Of a stretch of 41,994 nt of DNA, positions 18,194 through 30,132 are shown piece by piece. The number at the start of each line of letters is the position of its first letter. The first letter of the stretch is position 1. The translations under genes and the position numbers were made by a program. Source of the DNA: Clostridiales bacterium (lineage in GTDB: Bacteria; Bacillota; Clostridia; Oscillospirales; QAMX01); the NCBI GenBank assembly GCA_012514045.1, contig JAAZBA010000172.1, positions 1-41,994 of the forward strand. The letters run 5' to 3'. The notes under the pieces are model-generated. The model saw only the letters and a list, made by a program, of their open reading frames with translations. It made no database searches and was not told the origin of the DNA.

Positions 18194-19056
18194 TACCCCT
18201 CGAATACGCTCCTGATAAACGCCACCGACTCGGCGGCAGCTTCGTCAAGGTCTCTTCCGTGGGTCAGGTCGCGCCAGATCTTTATGTCGCTTCCCACCTT
18301 GCCCCCCATCATAACGAAGGGCTCCATTACAACCGCCTTATTGTAGCCGATCTTACGCAGCGCCTCGGCGATGCCCTGCCAGGGTATGCGACCGTAAGCG
18401 CCGGGGAGACGGCGGTTTACTTCGCCTATGTGGAGGTGACCGAGCTTATCTCCGGCGGCAAGGATCGCTCCTTCGATGCTCTCCTCCTCCATGTTCATGT
18501 GGTAGGTGTCCAGCATGACTTTCACGTTGTCCTTACCCACCTCGTCAACATAGCGTACGCACTCGCTTACCTCGTTGAGCAGATACCCCTCGTGGCGGTT
18601 GAGCACCTCCATGCCCAGGTTTATGCCGTAGGGAGCGGCCATGTCCGCCATGAGCTTCATGCCCTCAACGCTCCTGACCCAGTCTCCCGCCTTGTCGATG
18701 GGCTTTGAGTAGTCCACCGGCCAGTAGGAGTAGAGCCCGCCGCCCACAATGTCAACTCCCAGCTCATGAAGCGCCGGAAACGTCTTTTCCCAGAACCGCA
18801 ATGCGTTATCTCTTATGGCAATGTCCTCGCTCGCGATGTTCTCCGAGAGCTGAGGTCCGTAGCCGGCGGTGATAATAACATCGTGGCGGTCCTTTTCCCT
18901 CTTCAGCTCATCGATTTCTTTTCTCGACATATAGGGGACGCTCGCGCAGGATATTTCAAGGATATCAAAGCCCAGGCGCTTTACTCTTTCAACATAAGGG
19001 GCATAGTCTCCGCCCCATTCTCTCGCCCAGTAGGCGTAATAAATTCCGTATTTCAC
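18193..19056 (-). CDS. D-psicose (D-allulose)/D-tagatose 3-epimerase family sugar epimerase
   Basis: [10 protein letters not shown] start and the metal/catalytic motifs [25 protein letters not shown] and VMEPF align with the characterised DPEase/DTEase family as I recall it. GTG start at 19056. Confidence 0.8.
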   Translation of the reverse strand: MKYGIYYAYWAREWGGDYAPYVERVKRLGFDILEISCASVPYMSRKEIDELKREKDRHDVIITAGYGPQLSENIASEDIAIRDNALRFWEKTFPALHELGVDIVGGGLYSYWPVDYSKPIDKAGDWVRSVEGMKLMADMAAPYGINLGMEVLNRHEGYLLNEVSECVRYVDEVGKDNVKVMLDTYHMNMEEESIEGAILAAGDKLGHLHIGEVNRRLPGAYGRIPWQGIAEALRKIGYNKAVVMEPFVMMGGKVGSDIKIWRDLTHGRDLDEAAAESVAFIRSVFEG

Positions 19057-19466
19057 TTGATGTCTTTAAGCAGATCACGGATCTCCGTGAGCAGCTCCTC
19101 CTCCTTTGTGGGCTTGGGCGCCTCGGGCGCAGGCTCCTCTTTCTTCTTCCGTCTAAAACTGTTGATAAGCTTGACGACTATGAAGATGACCAGCGCCACG
19201 ATGAGGAAATCCACGATAGCCTGAATGAACAGACCATAGGCGATGGCTACAGGCTCTCCGCCGCTGATAGTGGGTATGGGCTTCGTTGTGAGGGTCGAGA
19301 AGTTGATTCCTCCAAGAATGAGACCGATGAACGGCATGATGACGTCGTTTACAAGGGACGTTACGATCTTTGAGAACGCTCCGCCGATGATAACGCCGAC
19401 AGCCATGTCAACGACGTTTCCTCTCAGGATAAATTCCTTAAACTCCTTGATAATTTTGCGTGCCAT
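19053..19466 (-). CDS. mscL: large-conductance mechanosensitive channel MscL
   Basis: [27 protein letters not shown], two TMs, charged C-terminal helix. 137 aa. Confidence 0.95.
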   Translation of the reverse strand: MARKIIKEFKEFILRGNVVDMAVGVIIGGAFSKIVTSLVNDVIMPFIGLILGGINFSTLTTKPIPTISGGEPVAIAYGLFIQAIVDFLIVALVIFIVVKLINSFRRKKKEEPAPEAPKPTKEEELLTEIRDLLKDIK

Positions 19467-19579
19467 AAAAGTTCCTCCTTGCGTTTTTGTTTATATAAAT
19501 TTTTTCGCGCGTTATTTATGAAAATTCCTGAAATCGGCGCTTTCCTGAAGAAAAATGCCGATATTCCATTAAATGTTTC

Positions 19580-20404
19580 CTAACGAATTCTCTCCAAAAG
19601 CTCCTCCAGGTCATCGACGCCGTAGTATTCTATAGTGACGAGGCCTTTCTTTTTGCCTTTTTTTATCGTTACCCGCCTTCCGAGACGCTCAGACACATCT
19701 CTTGCGGCTTCGGCATAGTAGTCTACGCCCTCGTTTTGAGGATATTCTTTCTTTTCCTTTTTTTCCCGGAGGAGAGATTCGAGAGCTCTTACGCTGAGCC
19801 CCTCGGAAACACATTTCTCCGCCAGAACAGACGCTCTGTCACCGGCGGAAAGGAGTACCTTGGCGTGGCCTTCGGTGATTTTCCCTTCGGCAAGCATATT
19901 CAGCACATCCTCCGGCAGAGACAGGAGCCGCACGGAGTTGGCGATGCTTGATCTGGGCTTGCCCACCTTTACGGCGGCTTCCTCTTGGGTCATTCCGCAA
20001 GCCAGGAGAGCAGCGTAACCATTCGCTTCCTCCACAGGGTTCAGGTCCTCACGCTGCAGGTTTTCCACCAGCGCCAGCACCGTGCCGGTCACATCGTCCG
20101 CCTCCAGCACCACCGCGTCAATTGAGGTCAGCCCCGCTTTTCTTGAGGCGCGCCAGCGGCGCTCTCCGGAGATGATCTCATAGGCGCCGTCCTGCCGCTT
20201 TCTCACGGTTATAGGCTGGAGCAGTCCATGCTGCTTTATGGATTCCGCCAGCAGGGACAGTGATTCCCCGTCGAAATTCTTTCTCGGCTGGTTAGGGTTC
20301 GGCTCAATTTCGCTGAGCCTCAGTCTTATTACTTTTTCCGGCTTAAAGGAGGCGGCGTCCTCCCCGAACAGAGCCGTAAGCCCCTTTCCAAGACCTTTTG
20401 CCAT
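19580..20404 (-). CDS. spo0J: ParB/Spo0J chromosome partitioning protein
   Basis: MAKGLGKGLTALF, ParB box LLQPITVRK...ISGERRWRA, LVENLQREDLNPVEEA, HTH region. Confidence 0.9.
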   Translation of the reverse strand: MAKGLGKGLTALFGEDAASFKPEKVIRLRLSEIEPNPNQPRKNFDGESLSLLAESIKQHGLLQPITVRKRQDGAYEIISGERRWRASRKAGLTSIDAVVLEADDVTGTVLALVENLQREDLNPVEEANGYAALLACGMTQEEAAVKVGKPRSSIANSVRLLSLPEDVLNMLAEGKITEGHAKVLLSAGDRASVLAEKCVSEGLSVRALESLLREKKEKKEYPQNEGVDYYAEAARDVSERLGRRVTIKKGKKKGLVTIEYYGVDDLEELLERIR

Positions 20405-20417
20405 TGTGATCCTCCTC

Positions 20418-21170
20418 CTAAATATTTGCGGCTATAATATACTCAGCGGCTTTAAGGTAGCATTTTGCCCCCTTTGAGGAGGCGTCATAGTGGGTGACGG
20501 GCATACCGTGGCTGGGAGCCTCGCTGAGTCTTACGTTTCTTGGCACCACCACGTTCATCACAAGCCTTCCGAAATGCCGCTTCACCTCGGCGCTGACCTG
20601 GCCGGAAAGATTGGTGCGTCCGTCGAACATGGTCAGCAGTATGCCCGCCAACTCTATATCAGGATTAAGGCTTCCTTTTACTGTGCGGATCGTGCTCATT
20701 AGCTGGCTTAAGCCTTCAAGGGCATAATATTCGCACTGGAGCGGTATGAGCACGCTGTCCGCCGCCACAAGGGCGTTGAGCGTAAGTATCCCCAAAGATG
20801 GGGGACAATCTATCAGAATAAAATCGTAGTCGAAATATACGCTCTTGAGTGCGTTTTTGAGCCTGCGCTCTCTCTCGACTACGTTCACAAGCTCCACTTC
20901 CGCGCCCGCAAGCTGTATAGAGGAGGGGAGCACATCGCAGTAGGGAGTTTTTACGATAGCCGACCGTACAGGAACACCCTCCACAAGCACATCACGCATG
21001 GAGAGCGCCGGCTTTTCCACCCCAAGCCCGCTGGTTGCGTTCGCCTGGGGATCGGAGTCCACAAGAAGGGTTTTCTGTTTGAGTATCACCAGAGAAGCGG
21101 CAAGGTTGACACATGTCGTAGTCTTCCCAACCCCGCCCTTCTGATTGGCAACAGCGATTATTTTGCTCAA
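20418..21170 (-). CDS. soj: ParA/Soj chromosome partitioning ATPase
   Basis: Deviant Walker A NQKGGVGKTTT, followed by DSDPQANAT. TTG start at 21170 with GGAGG 8 nt upstream. Confidence 0.9.
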   Translation of the reverse strand: MSKIIAVANQKGGVGKTTTCVNLAASLVILKQKTLLVDSDPQANATSGLGVEKPALSMRDVLVEGVPVRSAIVKTPYCDVLPSSIQLAGAEVELVNVVERERRLKNALKSVYFDYDFILIDCPPSLGILTLNALVAADSVLIPLQCEYYALEGLSQLMSTIRTVKGSLNPDIELAGILLTMFDGRTNLSGQVSAEVKRHFGRLVMNVVVPRNVRLSEAPSHGMPVTHYDASSKGAKCYLKAAEYIIAANI

Positions 21171-21201
21171 TTTCTATACCTCCGTTGAGGGTTGTGTGTG
21201 G

Positions 21202-21409
21202 GTATCCCCCATTATTCTGCAGTGCATATCTAAAAGACTGCGGCGTCGGCAGGTGCTCAGCCGCCCCCTCGACGCATGAAGCGAAGCTTCAAGCGTCAAG
21301 ACAAGGGGGCTAGAGACGCGAATTTTGTCTTTAACGTTTGCAAAAAAGATTCAGGTTCCTATCCCCCTTGACTAAAGGGGATACCGGCGCCGTACGCCGG
21401 AGGGGGATA
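21202..21409 (+). repeat. modular palindromic intergenic repeat, copy R2 (modules A-C-H-B-G; termini TATCCCCC / GGGGGATA)
   Basis: 8-bp terminal inverted repeat read directly. The internal hairpin GACGCATGAAGC-GAA-GCTTCAAGCGTC is shared with R5 and R6. Confidence 0.85.
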
Positions 21410-21412
21410 TCA

Positions 21413-22750
21413 TCACTTCATCTTAAGCTTTACTATCCTTCCCACAGCTTCGTCTACTCTTTCCATGCTCAGTTCGCCGGTTTTTACGGCTTCCAGGAGC
21501 CTGTCGTAGATCTGGTTTTGCTTTTCGTAGGAGTCGCAGGCGCAGAGGAGGTCGGCGCCGTTTTGGATGGCCTTCAGAGCAGCTTCGGCGCTGCCGTATG
21601 TTTCGCTCACCGCCTTCATGTCCAGCGCGTCGGTGACAATTACGCCGTCAAACCCTAAGGTCTCTCTAATATATCTGTACACATCCGCGGACATGGAGGC
21701 GGGATAGCCGTCCTTACACATGACAGAGGAGTAAATATGCGCCGTCATCATCATTTCACACCCTGCCTCAACAGCTGCTCTGAAGGGAGCTATCTCAACT
21801 TCCTCAAGTCTTTTCATATCATGGCTCAGCGTCGCAAGCTCCGTATGGCTGTCCTGGGAGGTGTCGCCGTGGCCGGGGAAGTGCTTCACGCAGGCGGTAA
21901 TTCCCGCGTCGGTCAGTCCCTTCATAAAAGCCAAACCTTTCGATGTGACAGTCCCAACGTCCGTTCCGAACGCTCTGTCACCGATAACCGTGTTCTCCGG
22001 ATTTGTGAACACGTCAAGCACCGGGGCGGCGTCAACCGTTATGCCGAAAGCCATCAGCTCAAGCCCCAGGGTGTAGGCAAGCTTATATACCTCGTCCTCC
22101 GTCATTTTTCCCATCTCCGCGGCGGCGGGCAGGGACACAATGCCATGCTTTATTCTTTTTACCCGTCCCCCCTCCTGATCGATGAACACCATGGGGGAAA
22201 GCCCGGTTTTTTCCTCGATCAGCGCTTTGCACTCCTTGTTCAGGGCGATGAGCTTGTCAAGGTCGCCGCAGGAGGCGGCGAAAAGGAAGGTGTTGCCGTA
22301 GTAACGTTCGGATATATGGTTTTTATCCTCCACTCCGAGGAGCTCGGAGTGGAGGGGGATCGCCATAAGCTGCCCGATCTTCTGCTCAACGGACATGGAA
22401 GCGACGATTTTCTCTATCTCGTTCATTGTTTCCTCCCCGGGCTGTATATCTTCGCTTTTTTCTTTGGTTTTTTGCTCGGTTTGCTCTTCTTTTTCAGGTT
22501 TAACGGCTTCTTCGGCTTTTTCAGGCTCCGAAGTATTCTCTTTCTTTGTCTCCTTTTCTGTCTTTATAACAGTGTGGCTCGTCTCCGGAGAGTATGTCTT
22601 CTGCTCTTCAGGCGAAGGACTTTCATTGACGGTTTCTCCGTTTTCCACAACCTGTGGAGAACCTGACCGGATGGTGCAGCCGGACAAAAGAAGCAGCAGA
22701 AATATCAGGGCTGCAAGCCCAGTTGTAAGCCCAGCTGTCAGCCGTTTCAT
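21413..22750 (-). CDS. GH3 beta-N-acetylhexosaminidase (NagZ-like) lipoprotein with an E/K-rich linker
   Basis: Lipobox LLLLSGC, GH3 motif [14 protein letters not shown], low-complexity linker [17 protein letters not shown]... The start ATG overlaps the gyrA stop (ATGA). Confidence 0.85.
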   Translation of the reverse strand: MKRLTAGLTTGLAALIFLLLLLSGCTIRSGSPQVVENGETVNESPSPEEQKTYSPETSHTVIKTEKETKKENTSEPEKAEEAVKPEKEEQTEQKTKEKSEDIQPGEETMNEIEKIVASMSVEQKIGQLMAIPLHSELLGVEDKNHISERYYGNTFLFAASCGDLDKLIALNKECKALIEEKTGLSPMVFIDQEGGRVKRIKHGIVSLPAAAEMGKMTEDEVYKLAYTLGLELMAFGITVDAAPVLDVFTNPENTVIGDRAFGTDVGTVTSKGLAFMKGLTDAGITACVKHFPGHGDTSQDSHTELATLSHDMKRLEEVEIAPFRAAVEAGCEMMMTAHIYSSVMCKDGYPASMSADVYRYIRETLGFDGVIVTDALDMKAVSETYGSAEAALKAIQNGADLLCACDSYEKQNQIYDRLLEAVKTGELSMERVDEAVGRIVKLKMK

Positions 22751-25185
22751 TCCTCGTTCTCTCCCGAAACCGTCTCTATATCTATTACCCTCGACTCCTC
22801 GTCTGCGCGCATAAGGATAACGCCCTGGGAGACTCTGCCGCAGACCCTTATGTCTTCGGCAGGCACTCTTATCATAATGCCCGCGTCGGTTATGAGCATA
22901 ACGTCCTCATCCTTGCAGATAATCCTTATCGCCGCGAGAGAACCGGTCTTTTCTGTAATGCCGTGGCACGCCACGCCCATTCCGGCTCTGCGCTTTGTGT
23001 TGTAGTCGGAAACGGGGGTTATCTTTCCGTAGCCTCTGTCGGTGACGGTGAGCATGTGTTCGTCACCCTTTATCGCGACAGCGCCCACAACGATGTCGTC
23101 TTCGCCCAGCTTAATGCCGCGGACGCCGGCGGCGGCGCGACCCATTATCCTGATCTCATCCTCCTTGAAGCGGACAGCCTTTCCCTTATCGGAAGCGATC
23201 ATGATTTCGCTCTCCCCGTCTGTCATAAGCACACTCACAAGGGCATCGTCTTCACGGAGCACAACAGCCTTCAGTCCCCCTTTTCGGATATTCCCAAAGG
23301 CAGAAAGTCCGATCCTCTTGGCTGTTCCCTTACGGGTCACGAACACAAGATTTTGGCTGTCGTCAAAATTCTCCACCGGGAGCATAGCGGTCACCTTTTC
23401 ATCCGGCTCGAGCTGGAGAAGATTTACAAGGTTCGTTCCCTTGGCGGTGCGGGAAGCATGGGGCACCTGATACCCTTTAAGCCTGTATACCCTGCCCATG
23501 TCGGTAAAGAACAGGAGGTGATTATGGGTCATGGAGGCGAACATGGTGCTTACTATGTCCTCCTCCCTGGTGGTCATGGCTGTTATGCCCTTGCCGCCTC
23601 GTCTCTGTGCTCTGTAGGCGGTGGTAGGCAGTCTCTTTATGTAGCCGTGACGGGTAAGCGTATATATGCACTCTTCGTTTTCGATGAGATCCTCGATGTC
23701 AAGCTCGTCTTCCACCGTCTCGATCTGTGTCCTTCTCTCGTCGGAGTAAGTGTTTCGCACCTCACAGAGCTCTTTTTTTACTATCTCGTATATGTTCTCG
23801 TCAGAGGAGAGGATTCTTTCAAACTCCTCGATCTTTGAGTACAGATCCTCCAGCTCAGCGTTTATCTTCTCTCTCTCAAGGCCTGTCAGACGTCCAAGAC
23901 GCATATCCACAATGGCCTGTGTCTGCTCGTCAGAAAGACCGAAGCGGACGCCGAGGCGTTCCTTTGCCACTGTTTCGTTCTTTGAGGAGCGGAGTATGTT
24001 CACGACCTCATCTATGTTGTCCACCGCGATTTTGAGACCCTCCAATATATGGGCTCTCCTGCGGCAGCGATTGAGGTCAAATCTCGTTCTCCGCTCCACC
24101 ACGTCGCGCTGGAAGGTAACGTAGCAGTCCAGCATATCCCACAGAGACATGCACTTCGGCTCACCGTCTACGAGGGCGATCATCATGACGGAAAAATTGT
24201 TCTCCAGCTGGGTAAACGAATAGAGCCGATTGAGCACAACTTGGGGGTTGGCTTCTTTTTTTAGCTCTATGACTATCTTGAGACCCATTCTGTCGGAATG
24301 ATCGCTCAGGTATGAGATGCCGTCGACTCTCTTATCCTTTACAAGATTGGCGATGGACTCCACAAGCCTCTGCTTGTTCACCATGTAGGGTATCTCCGTT
24401 ACCACTATCTGGAATCGTCCTGATTTTGTCTCCTCGATCTCGCACTTGGCTCTCACCTTTATCCTGCCCCTGCCGGTGGCATAGGCGGCGCGGATGCCCC
24501 TTCTGCCCACAATGATCCCTCCCGTAGGGAAATCAGGACCTTTTACGTACATCATCAGCTCGTCAAGGGTAGCGTCCGGGTTGTCTATCAGATAGCAGGC
24601 GGCGTCAATGACCTCTCCCAGGTTATGGGGAGGTATATTGGTCGCCATGCCCACGGCGATGCCTACGGAGCCGTTCAGGAGAAGATTCGGCATCCTTGAG
24701 GGCAGCACCTCCGGCTCCTTGTATCGTCCGTCGTAGTTGGGTACGAAATTTACTGTGTCCTTTTCTATGGCGTCCATGAGAGTCATGGATATCTTCGACA
24801 TTCTCGCTTCGGTGTAACGCATGGCGGCGGGGGGATCGCCGTCAAGGGATCCGAAGTTACCCTGACCGTCAACAAGGGGATAGCGCATCGAGAAATCCTG
24901 GGCAAGTCTTACAAGAGCGTCGTAAACCGACGCTTCGCCGTGGGGGTGGAAGTATTTGAGCACGTCACCCACCGTGGCGGCGGACTTGGAGTACCCTTTG
25001 TCCGGGGTAAGTCCGGAATTATACATGCTGTACAGGATCCTGCGGTGCACCGGCTTCAAGCCGTCACGGGCGTCGGGCAGCGCTCTTGATACGATAACGG
25101 ACATGGAATAGTCGAGAAAAGAGCTTTTCATCTCCTTTTCTATGTCCACCTCAATTATATTCTTACGTTCTTTCTTATTATCCAT
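22747..25185 (-). CDS. gyrA: DNA gyrase subunit A
   Basis: [12 protein letters not shown], active-site region [11 protein letters not shown]-terminal beta-pinwheel repeats. 812 aa. Confidence 0.97.
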   Translation of the reverse strand: MDNKKERKNIIEVDIEKEMKSSFLDYSMSVIVSRALPDARDGLKPVHRRILYSMYNSGLTPDKGYSKSAATVGDVLKYFHPHGEASVYDALVRLAQDFSMRYPLVDGQGNFGSLDGDPPAAMRYTEARMSKISMTLMDAIEKDTVNFVPNYDGRYKEPEVLPSRMPNLLLNGSVGIAVGMATNIPPHNLGEVIDAACYLIDNPDATLDELMMYVKGPDFPTGGIIVGRRGIRAAYATGRGRIKVRAKCEIEETKSGRFQIVVTEIPYMVNKQRLVESIANLVKDKRVDGISYLSDHSDRMGLKIVIELKKEANPQVVLNRLYSFTQLENNFSVMMIALVDGEPKCMSLWDMLDCYVTFQRDVVERRTRFDLNRCRRRAHILEGLKIAVDNIDEVVNILRSSKNETVAKERLGVRFGLSDEQTQAIVDMRLGRLTGLEREKINAELEDLYSKIEEFERILSSDENIYEIVKKELCEVRNTYSDERRTQIETVEDELDIEDLIENEECIYTLTRHGYIKRLPTTAYRAQRRGGKGITAMTTREEDIVSTMFASMTHNHLLFFTDMGRVYRLKGYQVPHASRTAKGTNLVNLLQLEPDEKVTAMLPVENFDDSQNLVFVTRKGTAKRIGLSAFGNIRKGGLKAVVLREDDALVSVLMTDGESEIMIASDKGKAVRFKEDEIRIMGRAAAGVRGIKLGEDDIVVGAVAIKGDEHMLTVTDRGYGKITPVSDYNTKRRAGMGVACHGITEKTGSLAAIRIICKDEDVMLITDAGIMIRVPAEDIRVCGRVSQGVILMRADEESRVIDIETVSGENEE

Positions 25186-25203
25186 TTTCTACCTTCCGGT
25201 TAT

Positions 25204-27430
<2,227 letters not shown>

Positions 27431-27470
27431 ACGCTTTTTCTCCTTTGTTTGTTGTTATAAAAGATACGAA

Positions 27471-27738
27471 ATCCTCCTCCGGCGCACGGCGCTTGACGCA
27501 TACATGCGTGACGCATACATGCGTCGAGTTTCCCCCCAGCACTGCAAGCAGTGCGTAGGCTAGGGGATAGAGCTCGTTCCTTCCCCCCTTGTCTAAAGGG
27601 GGGAAGATGCATTTACCTATATTGCAGTCTTCTTAGATCTGCTCTGCAGCATATTGGGGGATACATTCCAAGCGGCATGCCGCGTCATGAGGCTGATGAG
27701 GCGTGACGTAGCTTCGCTACGTCACGCATATATGCGTC
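27471..27738 (-). repeat. modular palindromic intergenic repeat, copy R3 (core 27471-27664 = inverted R1 without module H; plus F and extra C-type hairpins to 27738)
   Basis: Hand alignment of the reverse complement to R1 gives roughly 90 percent identity. Ends 1 nt before the recF stop codon. Confidence 0.85.
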
Positions 27739-28770
27739 TTACAAATCCTCACAGGTCGTTATAAATACCTGCCCTTCGCGTATTTTCCCCAGGAGATATT
27801 CTCTCCTTGCGGCGTCAAGCTCGCTGAGGACGTCATCCAGCAGCATTATGGGGTATTCTCCCGTGTTGTCATGATATAAAGCCCTTTTTGCCAGCACCAG
27901 TGACAGCACGGCGGTGCGTATCTGACCTTGTGAGGCGAAATCTTTCGCCGGGCGGCCGTCGATAAGAATCGCAAGCTCGTCTCTGTGGGGACCCACAAGG
28001 ATCATCTCCCGGGTGATTTCGTCCTCTTTCCTTTCAAGATACTTTTGCCACATCTCAAGATAAAGGTTCTTTACGTTCTCCGAAAGAAAAGGACAGGAAT
28101 ATGATACGGAGAGGTCTTCTTTTTCTCCCGATATTGAGGAGTGTTCGATAGAAGCAAGTTCTCCTAATTTTTGGCAAAAGCTTTTTCTGTATGTAATAAT
28201 CCTGGCTCCGCAGGAGAGGAGCTGGGAAGTAAAATCGTCCAATGACTCAAGAAGCGAAGGTTTTTTCCTGTGATCCCTCAGTATTCTTGCCTTATGCGCC
28301 AAAAGTTTTCCGTATTCCGACACAAGGGAAGCGTAATTCGGCCTAAGCTGAGAGATAGAGATGTCCAAAAATCTTCGTCTTTGGACTCCGGCGCCCTTTA
28401 TAAGCTCCAGATCGTCTGGACAAAAGGAAACGCAGCGCACGACGCCGATTATGTCGGATTTTCTTTTTTTCCGTACGTCGTTTAAGAAATATGTCCTTCC
28501 CTGTCCGTCGCGGCGTATCTCCAGTTTCTGTTCTCTGCCGTCTGAAAATATATTTGCCCTTATACGGAAAGAATCGGCGCCGTAAAGCACCATATCTCCG
28601 TCGCGGGAAGTGCGGAAAGAGCCTGTGCCGGTAAGAAAGTGGATCGACTCAAGAAGATTTGTCTTTCCCGATGCGTTTTCTCCTCGGATTATGTTAACCC
28701 CTTCTAACGGCTCGTATATCTTATGTTCGTAACTTCTGAAGTTGTCAAGCTCAATGCGCCTGAGTATCAT
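27739..28770 (-). CDS. recF: DNA replication and repair protein RecF
   Basis: Walker A GENASGKTNLLESI, signature/Walker B region LLDDVLSELD. Start overlaps the yaaA stop (ATGA). Confidence 0.92.
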   Translation of the reverse strand: MILRRIELDNFRSYEHKIYEPLEGVNIIRGENASGKTNLLESIHFLTGTGSFRTSRDGDMVLYGADSFRIRANIFSDGREQKLEIRRDGQGRTYFLNDVRKKRKSDIIGVVRCVSFCPDDLELIKGAGVQRRRFLDISISQLRPNYASLVSEYGKLLAHKARILRDHRKKPSLLESLDDFTSQLLSCGARIITYRKSFCQKLGELASIEHSSISGEKEDLSVSYSCPFLSENVKNLYLEMWQKYLERKEDEITREMILVGPHRDELAILIDGRPAKDFASQGQIRTAVLSLVLAKRALYHDNTGEYPIMLLDDVLSELDAARREYLLGKIREGQVFITTCEDL

Positions 28771-28970
28771 GTTATTTCAATCTCTTCGCCCCGGCATAGG
28801 ATAATGTCTCCGACCCGGAGCTTTTTGCCCCGCTGGGTGCAGATATTTCCGTTTACCCTGACGAGACCAAGCTGGATATCGTGCTTCGCTTCTCCTCCGG
28901 AATAGACAATGCCGGAAAATTTGAGCAGATCATCCAGCTTTATATACTCTGTAGATATTTGTATCTTCAT
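28767..28970 (-). CDS. yaaA: S4 domain RNA-binding protein YaaA
   Basis: 67 aa with IKLDDLLKFSG...GGEAK...V.VNG......GKKLRVGD. Sits in the conserved dnaN-yaaA-recF position. Confidence 0.85.
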   Translation of the reverse strand: MKIQISTEYIKLDDLLKFSGIVYSGGEAKHDIQLGLVRVNGNICTQRGKKLRVGDIILCRGEEIEIT

Positions 28971-28982
28971 AAAAAAACCTCT

Positions 28983-30107
28983 TTATGCCCGAAGTCTTAC
29001 GGGAACGATGAGATATAGAAATTCCTCTGGATTTTCGCTGTCGTCACATGGAGTGATAATAAGGGGAGAAACAGGGGTACGAAGACTGAGCTTTACTTTT
29101 TCCGTGTTTCTGCAAGCTCTCAGAGCGTCCAATAGATACATGCTGTTGAATCCTATTTCCACTGGGCTTCCGGAGAAGGTTATATAAGAGCATTCGTCAT
29201 AGGAAGTGCCCAAGGATGACACGCATGACAGGCGGAGAAGCTCCTCGTCAAAGTTCAGTTTCAGGTGGTTTCTAAGCCGCTCGCTTATGATGATCGATGT
29301 GCGCTCGATGGAAGAAATAAGCTCCTGCACATTTGCCTCCACCGTTGTGGTAGCCTCGGCGTTTATCATTACGGAGTAGTTGAAAAATTCGCCTGCGATA
29401 AGGTTTGTGGTAAGCACCGTAGGGCCGATTTTAAACATAATGTTTCTCTTGGCAAGAGAAAGAGTGACTACTTCGTCAGTGTCGGACATAAGTCTTTCAA
29501 GCTCACGAAGGGCTGTCGCGGGAACGTTGAAGGAAAGCTCCTCTTTTACGGGAGGCTCATTTTTAAAAGTGTATCTTCTTATAGCGAGACGGAAATTGTC
29601 AAGAGCCGCCATCTCGAGATTATTGTCAGAGAAGCGAAACAGTGTGCCGGTGAGGATAGGCTTCAGTTCACTGTCTGAGGCGGAGAAAATAGTGCCAATT
29701 ATAAGCTCTTTCAGTACCGATTGGGGCATGGTGAAGGAATAATCGTATATGACGATCGGAAGCTCCGGATAGTCCTCGGCTTTGAGAACAGAGATATTCA
29801 TGATAGAAGCTCCGGCGGAGATTGTTGCGGTTGATTCCTTTACGGAGATGGTTACCGGACCGTCAGGCAGCGCTCTTACAATATCGCTGAAGAGTTTCGC
29901 GTTGAACACAGCGCTTCCGGAGGTGACTATATCTGCTGAAAGCTCGGTGCGCAGAGATATCCTCAGATTGTAGCCTGTCATGATAAGCTCACGGTCGGCT
30001 TTTATAAGTATACCCTCAAGGGCCGGATTTGAGCTTTTGGTGGAAGCCGCCTTTGAACATATGGATACAGCTTCCGCCAGTTCTTGTCTTTGGCATGTAA
30101 ATTTCAT
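28983..30107 (-). CDS. dnaN: DNA polymerase III beta sliding clamp
   Basis: 374 aa, MKFTCQRQELAEAV..., three-domain length, immediately downstream of dnaA and oriC. Confidence 0.93.
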   Translation of the reverse strand: MKFTCQRQELAEAVSICSKAASTKSSNPALEGILIKADRELIMTGYNLRISLRTELSADIVTSGSAVFNAKLFSDIVRALPDGPVTISVKESTATISAGASIMNISVLKAEDYPELPIVIYDYSFTMPQSVLKELIIGTIFSASDSELKPILTGTLFRFSDNNLEMAALDNFRLAIRRYTFKNEPPVKEELSFNVPATALRELERLMSDTDEVVTLSLAKRNIMFKIGPTVLTTNLIAGEFFNYSVMINAEATTTVEANVQELISSIERTSIIISERLRNHLKLNFDEELLRLSCVSSLGTSYDECSYITFSGSPVEIGFNSMYLLDALRACRNTEKVKLSLRTPVSPLIITPCDDSENPEEFLYLIVPVRLRA

Positions 30108-30132
30108 AGTTTAATCCTTTCGTTACTGTTCC

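Noticed and set aside
16818-18215. Very long plus-strand ORF (465 aa) and similar long antisense ORFs at 14062-15036, 11478-12368, 21737-22666, 22963-23838 and 25516-26029
   Set aside because: Each lies entirely antisense to a gene with strong, recognisable motifs (dehydrogenase/SLOG, glyQS, MATE, nagZ-like, gyrA, gyrB). Their translations are Arg/Ala/Gly/His-rich and low in complexity, and no RBS is visible. These are typical shadow ORFs of GC-rich coding DNA.
19467-21412. Looked for a parS site (TGTTNCACGTGAAACA) in and around soj-spo0J and elsewhere in the window
   Set aside because: I found no 16-mer resembling the consensus by eye. The nearest, GGAAACACATTTC inside spo0J, matches only a half-site. 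A PWM scan would be needed to be certain.
22395-22620. Repetitive GAA/AAA-rich stretch that looks like a tandem DNA repeat
   Set aside because: It is the in-frame E/K/T-rich low-complexity linker of the NagZ-like lipoprotein, not a non-coding repeat.
27693-27727. CUGAUGAG (hammerhead ribozyme core-like) followed by a perfect 12-bp hairpin in R3. CTGATGAG also occurs at 34482-34489 and CTGATGA at 18165-18171
   Set aside because: No GAAA follows the hairpin, no UH cleavage site with pairing stems I and III could be drawn, and the R4 copy has no stem II at all. It is most likely a chance resemblance within module F.
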